A DNA stretch of 64,000 nucleotides from an uncultured Hyphomicrobiales bacterium (lineage in GTDB: Bacteria; Pseudomonadota; Alphaproteobacteria; Rhizobiales; Kaistiaceae), in assembly GCA_964483325.1 (NCBI GenBank), contig CAZAAW010000002.1, forward strand, positions 88,226 to 152,225, in the 5' to 3' direction. Positions 39,442 through 48,899 of this stretch are shown here, piece by piece. Numbering within the stretch: position 1 is the stretch's first letter; every line of letters starts with the position of its first letter. The translations under genes were made by a program, and so were the position numbers. The notes under the pieces were generated by a model. That model was not told the origin of the DNA. It ran no database searches and worked only from the letters and a program-made list of their open reading frames with translations.

Positions 39442-40158
39442 ATGCGGCTGTGGGTGGCCCGGCCCGAGCCTGACGCGGCGCGCACCGCCGAACGCCTCAG
39501 CGCGCGCGGCCACGTGCCGCTGGTAGCACCGCTGATGCGGACGGAATTGCTGCCCTTCGCGCTGCCGCCGGACCCGCAGGCCCTGCTGCTCACCAGCCGC
39601 AATGCCGTGCGGGCGCTCCAGGCTGCCGCCGTGCCGGCCGGCTGGAGGAAGCTGCCGGTCTTCGCCGTTGGCGACGGCACCGCGGCCGCGGCGCGCGACG
39701 CCGGCTTCGCGGAGGTGCATTCGGCGCGCGGCACCGGTGCTGATCTCGCCGTGCTTGTGGCGGCATCGCTGCCGGCGAGCGGCGGCGCTTTCTTCTATCC
39801 GGCGGCCGAGAAGCGCTCGCCGCGGGTCGAGGCGGACCTCGCGGCGGCCGGTTACGATGTCGAGACCGCTATCGCCTATCGCATGGTGCCGGAGCCGGAG
39901 CTGCCGCCGGCGGCGGCGCAGGCGCTGCGCCGCGGCGACCTGGACGGCATCGTCCTGACCAGCCCGCGCCTGGCGGCAACATGCCGCGACCTCGTGCTCA
40001 AGGCCGATCTCGCCATGGCGCTCGGCGGCGTGCACGCCTATGTCCTGTCGGAAGCGGTAGCGGCGCAATTGGCCGATTTGCCCTTCGCCGGCGTTGATAC
40101 GGCGGAGCGGCCGGATGAAGAGAGCCTTATGGCGCTGGTCGGCGATGCGGAGACGTAG
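39442..40158 (+). CDS. hemD: uroporphyrinogen-III synthase
   Basis: 238 aa. It lies directly after hemC and has the HemD-like pattern LLTSRNAVRAL ... VLTSPR. Confidence 0.8.
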   Translation: MRLWVARPEPDAARTAERLSARGHVPLVAPLMRTELLPFALPPDPQALLLTSRNAVRALQAAAVPAGWRKLPVFAVGDGTAAAARDAGFAEVHSARGTGADLAVLVAASLPASGGAFFYPAAEKRSPRVEADLAAAGYDVETAIAYRMVPEPELPPAAAQALRRGDLDGIVLTSPRLAATCRDLVLKADLAMALGGVHAYVLSEAVAAQLADLPFAGVDTAERPDEESLMALVGDAET

Positions 40159-40199
40159 GCACTTTCGTCAGGAGTTGGCCCTAGGCTGACGGCCGGAAG

Positions 40200-41561
40200 G
40201 TGTCGGACGGGCAAGATGAGGGCGTCCAGATGGCCGGGGAAGACAGTCGTCCTGAAGGCGCAGCGGGCGCCAAGCGCCCGGGCCGTCCGGCGCCGCCGGT
40301 GATCGATCTGCCGGCGCAGCGCGTCGAGCCTTCGCCCTCTGCGGCAAAGCCCGACGAGGCGGCCAAGCCGGCCCAGGATAGGCCTGCTCAGGACAAGCCG
40401 GCCCAGACGGAAAGCCGCCCCGCCGGCCGCGCCGAAACGACAGCGGAGCGTCCGACGCCGCCTTCGGCTTCGCCGCCGCGGCGCCGGAGCGGCATCCTCG
40501 GCTTCCTGGCCGCGGCACTGATCGGCGCCCTTCTGGCGCTCGCCATCGGCTATGGTCTCCAGGCCGGGGGATTGCTGCCATCGCCGGGCCTGTCGACGGC
40601 GACCACGGCGCTCGGCGAAGCACGCAAGGCTGCGGCCGATCTTACCGCGCTGTCCGCCACGGTCCCGGATACGGCGCCGCTCGCGGCGCGTCTCGACGAT
40701 CTGGCGCAGAAGCTGGCGCGCCTCGAGGCAACGAGTGTCGAGCTCCGGCAGGGGGCGGCGGATGCCGAGGCCGGCCGCAGCCGCCTCGACAGCCTTGCCG
40801 CCGATATAGACACCCTGCGGCAGCAGCTCGCGGCCTTGCCGGCCGCGCCGCCGGCAGCAGGCGGTGACGCGCCATCCACGCCGGGCCTGGCGGCGCTGGA
40901 ACAGCGCATCGCGGCGCTCGAAGGCCGCAGCGCGGTGCCGGCAGCGCCGGTCGACATGCAGCCCGTGCAGGACGCGGTGGCGCGGCTGCAGGCCGAGGTC
41001 AATGATCTCACCAGCCGGGTGGACGGCCTTGCCGGTCTCGGCAACCGCCAGACGCAGATGCAGACGGCGGCTCTGGCGATGGGCTTTTCCGCGCTGCGCA
41101 CCGCTGCCGAGCGCGGCGAGCCGATCGGCAGCGAACTGCAGATGCTCGGCCAGCTCGGCGCCGATGCCAAGGATTTGGCGGCGCTGCAGCAGCTGGCGGA
41201 TGGGGCGCCGACCGTCGCCAGCCTTCAGGCGCAGTTACCGGCCGTGGCCGAGGCGGTGCTGGCGGCCGGAGCGGCGACGCGCGACGAAGGCGGGTTCTTC
41301 TCGCGCCTGTGGGGCAATGCCAGCTCGCTGGTGACGATCACGCCGACCGAGCCGGTCGAAGGCGACAGCGTGCCGGCGATCCTGTCGCGCATGCAGGCGC
41401 GGGTGAAGGCCGGCGATCTGGCCGGCGCTCTGGCCGAGCGGCAGGCGCTGCCGGAGGCGGCCGCCGCTGCCTCGGCCGACTGGGCTGCCGCGGCGGGCCG
41501 GCGCGTCGACCTCGACCGCGCCATTGCCGAGGTAATGGCAGCGCCGGGGGCCTCCGACTGA
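40200..41561 (+). CDS. Mic60/mitofilin-like inner-membrane protein (alphaproteobacterial HemX-position gene)
   Basis: A Pro/Ala-rich N-terminus, one TM (ILGFLAAALIGALLALAIGYGL), a long Ala/Leu/Gln coiled-coil region and a C-terminal block (GFFSRLWGNASSLVTI ... LSRMQARVKAGDLAGALAERQALPEAAAAASADW) resembling the mitofilin domain. It sits between hemD and hemY. Confidence 0.7.
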   Translation: MSDGQDEGVQMAGEDSRPEGAAGAKRPGRPAPPVIDLPAQRVEPSPSAAKPDEAAKPAQDRPAQDKPAQTESRPAGRAETTAERPTPPSASPPRRRSGILGFLAAALIGALLALAIGYGLQAGGLLPSPGLSTATTALGEARKAAADLTALSATVPDTAPLAARLDDLAQKLARLEATSVELRQGAADAEAGRSRLDSLAADIDTLRQQLAALPAAPPAAGGDAPSTPGLAALEQRIAALEGRSAVPAAPVDMQPVQDAVARLQAEVNDLTSRVDGLAGLGNRQTQMQTAALAMGFSALRTAAERGEPIGSELQMLGQLGADAKDLAALQQLADGAPTVASLQAQLPAVAEAVLAAGAATRDEGGFFSRLWGNASSLVTITPTEPVEGDSVPAILSRMQARVKAGDLAGALAERQALPEAAAAASADWAAAAGRRVDLDRAIAEVMAAPGASD

Positions 41562-41563
41562 TC

Positions 41564-43201
41564 ATGGTCCGCATTCTCTTCTACGTCGTCCTCGTCTTCG
41601 CCATCGCGGCGGGATTCGCCTGGCTGGCCGACCATCCCGGCTCGCTGACCCTCGCCTTTGCCGGCTACGAGATCCGCACCAGCGTCCTCGTCGCGGCCAT
41701 CCTGCTGCTGCTGGCGCTGCTGCTGCTCGGGCTCGTCTGGCTGGTCCTGCGCGGCCTGTGGCGGTCGCCGCGGCTGTTCGGCTCCTATGTCGCCGGGCGG
41801 CGCCGCGACCGCGGCTACCGCGCCCTGTCGCGCGGGCTCATTGCCATCGGCACCGGCGACCGCGCCGCTGCCGAACGCTTCGCGGCGGAGTCGCGCCGCC
41901 TGCTGCAGCGCGAGCCGCTGACGCTGCTGCTGGCCGCCCAGGCGGCGCAGCTCGCCGGCGACGGCGATGCGGCGCGTTCGGCCTTCGAGGCGATGCTGGC
42001 CGATGGCGAGACGCGCATTCTCGGCCTGCGCGGCCTGTTCGTCGAAGCGCGCCGGCGCGGCGACCTGGCGGCGGCACGGCATTTCGCCGAGCGCGCCATG
42101 AACGAGCGCCCCGGCGTCGGCTGGGCCGGCGTCGCGCTGCTCGATTTCCAGTCGGCGGACGGGGACTGGGCCGGGGCGCTCAAGACGCTGGCCGCCAATG
42201 CCGAGGCGAAGGTGGTCAGCAAACCGGCGGCGCAGCGCCTCGAGGCGGTGCTGCTGACCGCCCGGGCCATGGAGCTGGAGGGCAGCCAGCCGGAGAGCGC
42301 CCGCGATCTTGCCTTTGAGGCGCACCGGCTGGCGCCGGAACTTGTGCCGGCGGCGGTGCTGGCAAGCCGCCTCGCCAGCCGGCTCGGCGATATCCGCCGC
42401 GCCTCCAAGATCATCGAGACGACCTGGAAGATCGAGCCGCATCCCGACCTTGCCGCCGCCTATACCGCCGTACGCCCCGGCGACGGCGTCCGCGACCGGC
42501 TGAAGCGCATCCGGGCGCTGACGCGGCTGCGCGCCAACCATCGCGAGGGCTCCTTTGCGCTGGCGCGCGCCGCCATCGACGCGGCCGACTGGCCGCTGGC
42601 GCGCGAGAGCCTTTCCGGGCTTGTTGCCGCCGGGCCGACGGAACGCGCCTGCCTGCTGATGGCAGAGATCGAGGAGCGCGAGCATGCCGATATCGGCCGC
42701 GCCCGCGACTGGCTGGCGCGCGCCGTCACGGCGCCGCGTGATCCGGCCTGGATCGCCGACGGGGTGGTGTTCGACCGCTGGGCGCCGGTGTCGCCGGTCT
42801 CGGGGCGCCTCGACGCCTTCGAATGGAAGGTGCCGGATGAGCGTCTGATCAGCCGTCGCGCCGATATCGAGGCCGCTGTCGGCCGCCTCGGCGGTGCTGC
42901 CGCTGCCGCGCCTGCCGCGGCGCCGGCGATCGAGCATGAGCCTGCACCGGCCCAGCTGGAAGCCGCTCCTGTCAAAGTCTCCCCGGCTGCGGCAGAGGCG
43001 TCCGCGGCACCGGCGCCGGAACCGCCGATTGCGGCGGGTGATGCGGCGAAGCCAGAACCGCCGGCAAGCGAGCCGAGACCTGCCGATCTTGCCGGCAGCA
43101 CCGCGCCGGAAGACGCGCGGCTGCCGCGCCAGCCCGACGATCCCGGCCCCGATCCGGATCCGCTGGAGCCGGCGGCGAAGAGCTTCCGTCCCTTCTTCTG
43201 A
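41564..43201 (+). CDS. hemY: HemY-N-domain TPR membrane protein
   Basis: Start at MVRILFYVVLVFAIAAGFAWLADHPG, followed by two TM helices, TPR-like repeats and a Pro/Ala-rich tail. The upstream part of the 630-aa track ORF was rejected. Confidence 0.85.
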   Translation: MVRILFYVVLVFAIAAGFAWLADHPGSLTLAFAGYEIRTSVLVAAILLLLALLLLGLVWLVLRGLWRSPRLFGSYVAGRRRDRGYRALSRGLIAIGTGDRAAAERFAAESRRLLQREPLTLLLAAQAAQLAGDGDAARSAFEAMLADGETRILGLRGLFVEARRRGDLAAARHFAERAMNERPGVGWAGVALLDFQSADGDWAGALKTLAANAEAKVVSKPAAQRLEAVLLTARAMELEGSQPESARDLAFEAHRLAPELVPAAVLASRLASRLGDIRRASKIIETTWKIEPHPDLAAAYTAVRPGDGVRDRLKRIRALTRLRANHREGSFALARAAIDAADWPLARESLSGLVAAGPTERACLLMAEIEEREHADIGRARDWLARAVTAPRDPAWIADGVVFDRWAPVSPVSGRLDAFEWKVPDERLISRRADIEAAVGRLGGAAAAAPAAAPAIEHEPAPAQLEAAPVKVSPAAAEASAAPAPEPPIAAGDAAKPEPPASEPRPADLAGSTAPEDARLPRQPDDPGPDPDPLEPAAKSFRPFF

Positions 43202-43264
43202 GCGGGCGCCGGAACTCGCCGGCGGTCCGCAGCGTTGCCGGGCCGACGCTTACGGGTTGCCTCC

Positions 43265-43888
43265 ATGCTCGACATCACTGCCACGCCGCGCCCGGCCAGC
43301 CTTGAAGACGCGCGCCTGAGCGCCGCGCAGTGCCGACGCTGCGACCTCTACCGCAACGCGACGCAGACGGTTTTCGGCGAAGGTCCGGAGCGCGCCCGGG
43401 TGATGCTGGTCGGCGAGCAGCCCGGCGACCAGGAAGACCGGCAGGGGCATCCCTTCGTCGGACCGGCGGGGCGATTGCTGCGCCAGGCCATGGCGGAGGC
43501 CGGGCTCGACATGGCGGCCGTCTACGTCACCAACGCCGTCAAGCATTTCAAGAACGAGCCGCGCGGCAAGAGACGCCTGCACAAGCGTCCCGATGCCGGC
43601 GAGATCGAGGCCTGCCGCTGGTGGCTGGAGGCGGAGCGGACCTTCGTGCGGCCGAAGCTGATCGTGGCGCTCGGCGCGACGGCGATCCGCGGCGTGCTCG
43701 GCAAGGCGCAGCCGGTCGGCAGCCTGCGCGGCACGGTCCAGCCGCTCGCCGACGGCAGCCGCCTGTTCGTCACCATCCACCCTTCGGCGCTGCTGCGCCT
43801 GCGCGCCTCCGGCGACTATTCGCAGGAATACAGACGCTTCGTCGGCGACCTGCGCCAGGTGGCGGACCTGGCGCGCAACCTGCCGTAG
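43265..43888 (+). CDS. family-4-like uracil-DNA glycosylase of the UdgX type
   Basis: Contains GEQPG (motif A), the inserted loop GKRRLHKRP, HPSALLR (motif B), and the Cys residues CRRC plus EACRWW for an Fe-S cluster. Confidence 0.75.
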   Translation: MLDITATPRPASLEDARLSAAQCRRCDLYRNATQTVFGEGPERARVMLVGEQPGDQEDRQGHPFVGPAGRLLRQAMAEAGLDMAAVYVTNAVKHFKNEPRGKRRLHKRPDAGEIEACRWWLEAERTFVRPKLIVALGATAIRGVLGKAQPVGSLRGTVQPLADGSRLFVTIHPSALLRLRASGDYSQEYRRFVGDLRQVADLARNLP

Positions 43889-43941
43889 GGCGGGCCTGCG
43901 CCGACAGGCGCTCGTAGGCTTCGCCGCGCCCACGCTACAGG
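43883..43941. repeat. REP/RIME-like element, short degenerate copy C
   Basis: CCGTAGGGCGGGCCTGCGCCGACAGGCGC ... GTAGGCTTCGCCGCGCCCACGCTACAGG aligns with both ends of copies A and B, but the centre is missing. The udgX-like stop codon TAG lies inside its left arm. Confidence 0.5.
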
Positions 43942-44022
43942 CGCAATAGAACCCTGTCCTTGGCAGTCCCGGCGCCGCCCCCTATAAGCCGGGCCGACAA
44001 TCCTGCCTTTCCGGAGCCTCCC

Positions 44023-45237
44023 ATGTCGGACGTCAAGAAGGTCGTGCTTGCCTATTCCGGCGGGCTCGATACCTCCATCATCCTCAAGTGGCTGCAGACC
44101 ACCTATGGCTGCGAGGTGGTGACCTTCACCGCCGATCTCGGCCAGGGCGAGGAACTGGAGCCGGCGCGGCGCAAGGCCGAGATGCTCGGCATCCGCGAGA
44201 TCCATGTCGAGGACCTGCGCGAGGAATTCGTCCGCGACTTCGTCTTCCCGATGTTCCGCATGAACGCCCTTTACGAGGGCGTCTACCTGCTCGGCACGTC
44301 GATCGCCCGGCCGCTGATCGCCAAGCGGCTGGTCGAGATCGCCGCCGAGAGCGGCGCCGACGCCATCGCCCATGGCGCCACCGGCAAGGGCAACGACCAG
44401 GTCCGTTTCGAGCTGTCGGCCTATGCCCTCAATCCCGACATCAAGGTCATCGCGCCGTGGCGGGAATGGGAGTTCAAGTCGCGCACCGATCTTCTCGACT
44501 TTGCCGAGAAGCACCAGATCCCGGTGCCGCACGACAAGCGCGGCGAGGCACCTTTCTCGGTCGACGCCAACCTCCTGCACTCCTCCTCCGAGGGCAAGGT
44601 GCTGGAAGATCCGTGGGAAGAGCCGCCGGCCTATGTCTTCCAGCGCACGATTGCGCCGCAGGATGCGCCCGATGCGGTGACGGAGATCGAGATCGCGTTC
44701 CGCAAGGGCGATGCGGTCGGCCTCAACGGCAAGGCGCTGTCGCCGGCCGCGCTGCTGACCGAGCTCAACGCGCTCGGCCGCGACAACGGCATCGGCCGCA
44801 TCGACCTGGTCGAGAACCGCTTCGTCGGCATGAAGTCGCGCGGCATCTACGAGACGCCCGGCGGCACGATCCTGCTCGCCGCCCATCGCGCCATCGAGTC
44901 GCTGACCCTCGACCGCGAGGCGGCGCATCTCAAGGACCAGCTGATGCCGCGCTATGCCGAGCTCGTCTATTACGGCTTCTGGTTCTCGCCCGAGCGCGAG
45001 ATGCTCCAGGCGCTGTGCGACAAGAGCCAGGAGCGCGTCGAAGGCACGGTGCGGCTGAAGCTCTACAAGGGCAGCGTGACGGTCGTCGGCCGGAAGAGCC
45101 CGCAGTCGCTCTATTCCAACGAGCTGGTGACCTTCGAGGACGACCGCGGCGCCTACGACCAGAAGGATGCCGCCGGCTTCATCCGCCTCAACGCCCTGCG
45201 CCTGCGCACGCTGGCGGCCCGCCGCCGGTCAACCTGA
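44023..45237 (+). CDS. argG: argininosuccinate synthase
   Basis: [24 protein letters not shown] ... start taken at MSDVKK. Confidence 0.95.
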   Translation: MSDVKKVVLAYSGGLDTSIILKWLQTTYGCEVVTFTADLGQGEELEPARRKAEMLGIREIHVEDLREEFVRDFVFPMFRMNALYEGVYLLGTSIARPLIAKRLVEIAAESGADAIAHGATGKGNDQVRFELSAYALNPDIKVIAPWREWEFKSRTDLLDFAEKHQIPVPHDKRGEAPFSVDANLLHSSSEGKVLEDPWEEPPAYVFQRTIAPQDAPDAVTEIEIAFRKGDAVGLNGKALSPAALLTELNALGRDNGIGRIDLVENRFVGMKSRGIYETPGGTILLAAHRAIESLTLDREAAHLKDQLMPRYAELVYYGFWFSPEREMLQALCDKSQERVEGTVRLKLYKGSVTVVGRKSPQSLYSNELVTFEDDRGAYDQKDAAGFIRLNALRLRTLAARRRST

Positions 45238-45310
45238 GCGGCGCCTACGGGCGCCGCCGTGTCCGGCACGGCGGCCTCTCGGCAGTCATTATTTCGATTT
45301 CGGCAAGAGC

Positions 45311-45757
45311 CTAGGCAGGCTCGTTTTCGTTGATCAGCGCCTCGCGCATGGCGAGCAGCCCGGCATGGATGCGGTCATACTCGGCAGCGCCCATGGCGCC
45401 GAGGGCGCCGGTCCGCACCTCGGCGGCGATTGTCTCGATCCGGTCCAGGTAAGGCTTGGCGGCCGGAAGCAGGCAGACGATCTTGGCGCGGCGATCCTTC
45501 GGATCGACCACACGCTCGACGAGGCCGCGCGCCTCCAGTCGGTCGAGGAACCCCACCAGCGTCATCGGCTCGACATTCATGCGCTCCGCCAGCTGCGCCT
45601 GGCGCAGGTTGGGATGGCCGTTCACATGGGCGAGCGTGCGCGCCTCGCCAGCCGTGAGGCCGAGCCCGGCGCCTTCCAGCGAGGCTTCGAAGCGGCGGCG
45701 CATCAGGCGGGCGATCTCCGTGATGAGGAAGGTAATGGCCTGAGGACTGGACGACAT
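45311..45757 (-). CDS. MarR-family transcriptional regulator
   Basis: LTAGEARTLAHV ... QAQLAERMNVEPMTLVGFLDRLEARGLVERVVDPKDRRAK. Confidence 0.85.
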   Translation of the reverse strand: MSSSPQAITFLITEIARLMRRRFEASLEGAGLGLTAGEARTLAHVNGHPNLRQAQLAERMNVEPMTLVGFLDRLEARGLVERVVDPKDRRAKIVCLLPAAKPYLDRIETIAAEVRTGALGAMGAAEYDRIHAGLLAMREALINENEPA

Positions 45758-46090
45758 CGACTATCTCGTGTTCGGGGCCTGTATTGCGTGGCCGGGATGG
45801 CGCGGGATCATCATATCGATGAAGGTTCTTCCGATCCTTCAACAAGATAAGGCCGCCATAGTGCTGATTTCCCTGGAACCAGTCAAGGAACTTTTATGGG
45901 AAGGAAGAAGAAATTTATCGGCGCGGTAGCGCACCTTTTGAAGCTGCTGACATTCCGACCATTGACAGGTGCGACCTATTGCCACATATGAATTGCTATT
46001 CGGCTGTGGCGGCCGGCCGGCGGGCATCGCTCCGGCGAAACCCGCCTTCGGCGAGGGCCGCTCCGGTCTGTCGCGAATGGGAGAAGCGCC

Positions 46091-46279
46091 ATGACTCCGA
46101 CGAACATGATCACGCCGACGGACATGATCCGTCGCACCGAGGCCCCCCTCATCGTTTCGACCGATGAAGCGCGCGAAGGGGTGACCGGCCACGGTGTCCG
46201 CTATGTTCTGGGGATCAGCCTGGCGGCGGTCGTCGGCATCTTCGCCGTGCTGCTGATGACCGGGCCCTGGGGCGCCTGA
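46091..46279 (+). CDS. small tail-anchored membrane protein (hypothetical)
   Basis: 62 aa. EAREGVTGHGVRYVLGISLAAVVGIFAVLL resembles a small conserved alphaproteobacterial family I recall only loosely. Confidence 0.5.
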   Translation: MTPTNMITPTDMIRRTEAPLIVSTDEAREGVTGHGVRYVLGISLAAVVGIFAVLLMTGPWGA

Positions 46280-46417
46280 GGCCGCTCCGCCGGCGGCAGG
46301 GACTGCAAAAAAACAAAAACGGAAGCGCGTGACGGTGCGCCGCGATTGCGCATGGCGGAGCCATGCATATATTGCGGCGCAATAATCCCGCCCGTATCGC
46401 TATCCGGATCCGCAACG

Positions 46418-48241
46418 ATGCCGCTGCGCAATATCGCCATCATCGCCCACGTCGATCATGGCAAGACTACCCTTGTCGATCGCCTGCTGCAGCAGTCCGG
46501 TGCCTTCCGGGAAAACCAGCGCGTCGCCGAACGCGTCATGGACTCCAACGATCTGGAGAAGGAACGCGGCATCACCATTCTTGCCAAGGTGACGTCGATC
46601 CTCTGGAAGGACACCCGCATCAACATCGTCGACACGCCCGGCCACGCCGATTTCGGCGGCGAGGTGGAGCGCATCCTGTCGATGGTCGACGGCGCCATCG
46701 TCCTCGTCGATGCCGCCGAGGGCCCGATGCCGCAGACCAAGTTCGTGCTCGGCAAGGCGCTGAAGATCGGCCTCAGGCCGATCGTCTGCATCAACAAGGT
46801 CGACAAGCACGACGCCCGGCCGACCGAGGTGGTCAACGAGGTGTTCGATCTCTTCGCGGCGCTCGACGCGACCGAGGAGCAGCTCGATTTCCCGATCATC
46901 TACGGTTCGGCCAAGCAGGGCTGGATGAGCGACGCACCCGCCCACGACCGGCAGGACATGGCGGCGCTGTTCGACCTGGTGCTGCGGCATGTGCCGGAGC
47001 CGACGGTCGAGGAGGGCGGCTTCCGCATGCTCGGCACGCTGCTGGAGGCCAACCCCTATCTCGGCCGCATCATCACCGGCCGGATCTTCTCCGGCAGCGT
47101 CCGTCCCAACCAGGCCGTCAAGGTTCTCGACCGCCACGGCAAGCTGGTGGAGCAGGGGCGCGCCTCGCGCATCCTCGCCTTCCGCGGGCTGGAGCGGCTG
47201 CCGATCGACGTCGCCGAGGCCGGCGACATCGTCGCCATTGCCGGGCTGGAGCATTTCAACGTCGCCGACACGCTCTGCGCGCCGGAGATCGTCGAGCCGC
47301 TGCAGGCGCAGCCGATTGACCCGCCGACGCTGTCCATGACGTTCCTCGTCAATGATTCGCCGCTCGCCGGCACCGAAGGCGACAAGGTGACGAGCCGCGT
47401 CATCCGCGACCGCCTGCTGAAGGAGGCCGAGGGCAATGTCGCCCTGCGCGTCGATCAGGCGCCCAATGCCGACGCCTATATCGTCTCCGGCCGCGGCGAG
47501 CTGCAGCTTTCCATCCTCATCGAGACGATGCGCCGCGAGGGCTTCGAGCTCGGCGTCTCCCGCCCCAAGGTGCTGATGCGCCAGGACGAGACCACCGGCG
47601 CCCTGCTGGAGCCGATCGAGGAGGTGGTGATCGACGTCGACGAGGAGCATTCCGGCGTCGTCGTGCAGAAGCTCTCCGAGCGCCGTGCCGATCTCATCGA
47701 GATGCGGCCGTCTGGCGGCGGCCGCCTGCGGCTCGTCTTCCATGCCCCGACGCGCGGCCTCATCGGCTATCAGGGCGAGCTGCTGACCGATACCCGCGGC
47801 ACCGCCGTCATGAACCGCCTGTTCCATGCCTATGCGCCCTACAAGGGCGAGATACCGGGCCGGCGCAACGGCGTCCTCATCTCCAATGACGATGGCGAGG
47901 CCGTCGCCTATGCGATGTGGAAGCTGGAAGACCGGGGGCCGATGATGATCGACCCCGGCGCCAAGGTGTATCGCGGCATGATCGTCGGCGAGCACAGCCG
48001 CGACAACGACCTCGAGATCAACGTCCTGAAGGGCAAGCAGCTGACCAATATCCGCGCCGCCGGCAAGGACGAGGCGGTCAAGCTGACGCCGCCGATCCGC
48101 ATGACGCTGGAGCGGGCCCTGGCCTGGATCGAGGACGACGAGCTGGTCGAGGTGACGCCGAAATCCATCCGCCTGCGCAAGTCGATCCTCGACCCGAACG
48201 ATCGCAAGAAAGAGCAGCGGGCGCGCGCCGGCGCGGCCTGA
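46418..48241 (+). CDS. typA: translational GTPase TypA/BipA
   Basis: MPLRNIAIIAHVDHGKTTLVDRLL ... DTPGHADFGGEVER ... NKVD. Start at MPLRN. Confidence 0.95.
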   Translation: MPLRNIAIIAHVDHGKTTLVDRLLQQSGAFRENQRVAERVMDSNDLEKERGITILAKVTSILWKDTRINIVDTPGHADFGGEVERILSMVDGAIVLVDAAEGPMPQTKFVLGKALKIGLRPIVCINKVDKHDARPTEVVNEVFDLFAALDATEEQLDFPIIYGSAKQGWMSDAPAHDRQDMAALFDLVLRHVPEPTVEEGGFRMLGTLLEANPYLGRIITGRIFSGSVRPNQAVKVLDRHGKLVEQGRASRILAFRGLERLPIDVAEAGDIVAIAGLEHFNVADTLCAPEIVEPLQAQPIDPPTLSMTFLVNDSPLAGTEGDKVTSRVIRDRLLKEAEGNVALRVDQAPNADAYIVSGRGELQLSILIETMRREGFELGVSRPKVLMRQDETTGALLEPIEEVVIDVDEEHSGVVVQKLSERRADLIEMRPSGGGRLRLVFHAPTRGLIGYQGELLTDTRGTAVMNRLFHAYAPYKGEIPGRRNGVLISNDDGEAVAYAMWKLEDRGPMMIDPGAKVYRGMIVGEHSRDNDLEINVLKGKQLTNIRAAGKDEAVKLTPPIRMTLERALAWIEDDELVEVTPKSIRLRKSILDPNDRKKEQRARAGAA

Positions 48242-48899
48242 CGTCGCGCAGCCGGCCGGCGGGCCTGGGCCACCTCGGCAGCCGAGTTGATCTTGCTGCA
48301 CTGCAAAGTAAATCGTGTTGCAGTGCGAAATGAGCGATCACGCAAAATTTTTGCTGCGCCGCACCGTGCTGCCGAGGGGCTGAGCCCAGGCGCCAACCCT
48401 AACGCAACGCTGGGAAAATCCGGCGCCGCATGGCGTTGACAGGGCGTATTCTGGCGGAGGCGGCATCGGAAAAAACGCGCCGCCCGCAGCGGTTTGGCGA
48501 ATATGAATTTTTCATGTTGACGCCACCGCGGCGATCTCGCATCGTGGGCGCAGGGGAGAATAACAAAGTCCGGGCTTCGGTCCGGGGCGTCTGCGCATAG
48601 AAGCAGTGCATTCGCTGGGAGGAATTTAGATCATCGAAAACGTCTGGTCTACTGATCAGAAGGTCTCATGATCTTTTTCGCCGCGCGGCGAACCTTTCAG
48701 GCACTGTTTGTAGGCGAGGGATGCAACCCTACGGTCGGGTGCGCGCAAGCCTGATCGGTAATGCACTGCGGTCGCCTGTGGCGACTGCGGAAATGGAAAG
48801 TCAGGGCCGCGCACGACCTGGTTAGGGTCGAGGAATGCAAAGTCCGCCGGAAGACAAGAATACCAAAGGGAACCCCAACAACACTGAGGAGGGTACTCA

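Noticed and set aside
45238-45257. Hairpin GCGGCGCC-TACG-GGCGCCGC after argG as a terminator
   Set aside because: No T-tract follows it on either strand, so it is not convincing as an intrinsic terminator.
45962-45990. Sigma-70-like promoter TTGACA-N17-CATATG upstream of the small membrane-protein ORF
   Set aside because: The -35 element is perfect but the -10 is weak (3 of 6 matches to TATAAT). I cannot support it as a feature without transcription-start data.
46400-48301. 633-aa minus-strand ORF antisense to typA, plus comparable ORFs at 52627-54528 (antisense to the MBOAT), 5546-7609 (antisense to the MMPL gene) and 41225-42937 (antisense to hemY)
   Set aside because: All are GC-driven shadow ORFs opposite genes with strong family signatures.
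48745-48772. Possible TPP (THI-box) riboswitch upstream of the TPP-dependent E1: GGGTGC ... CCTGATCGGTAATGCACTGCG resembles the ACCTGATCTGGATAATGCCAGCG core
   Set aside because: The conserved CTGAGA element and the P2/P3 helices are missing, and GGGTGC lies only about 9 nt from CCTGATC. The resemblance is partial and probably fortuitous. An Infernal scan with the Rfam TPP riboswitch model (RF00059) would settle it.
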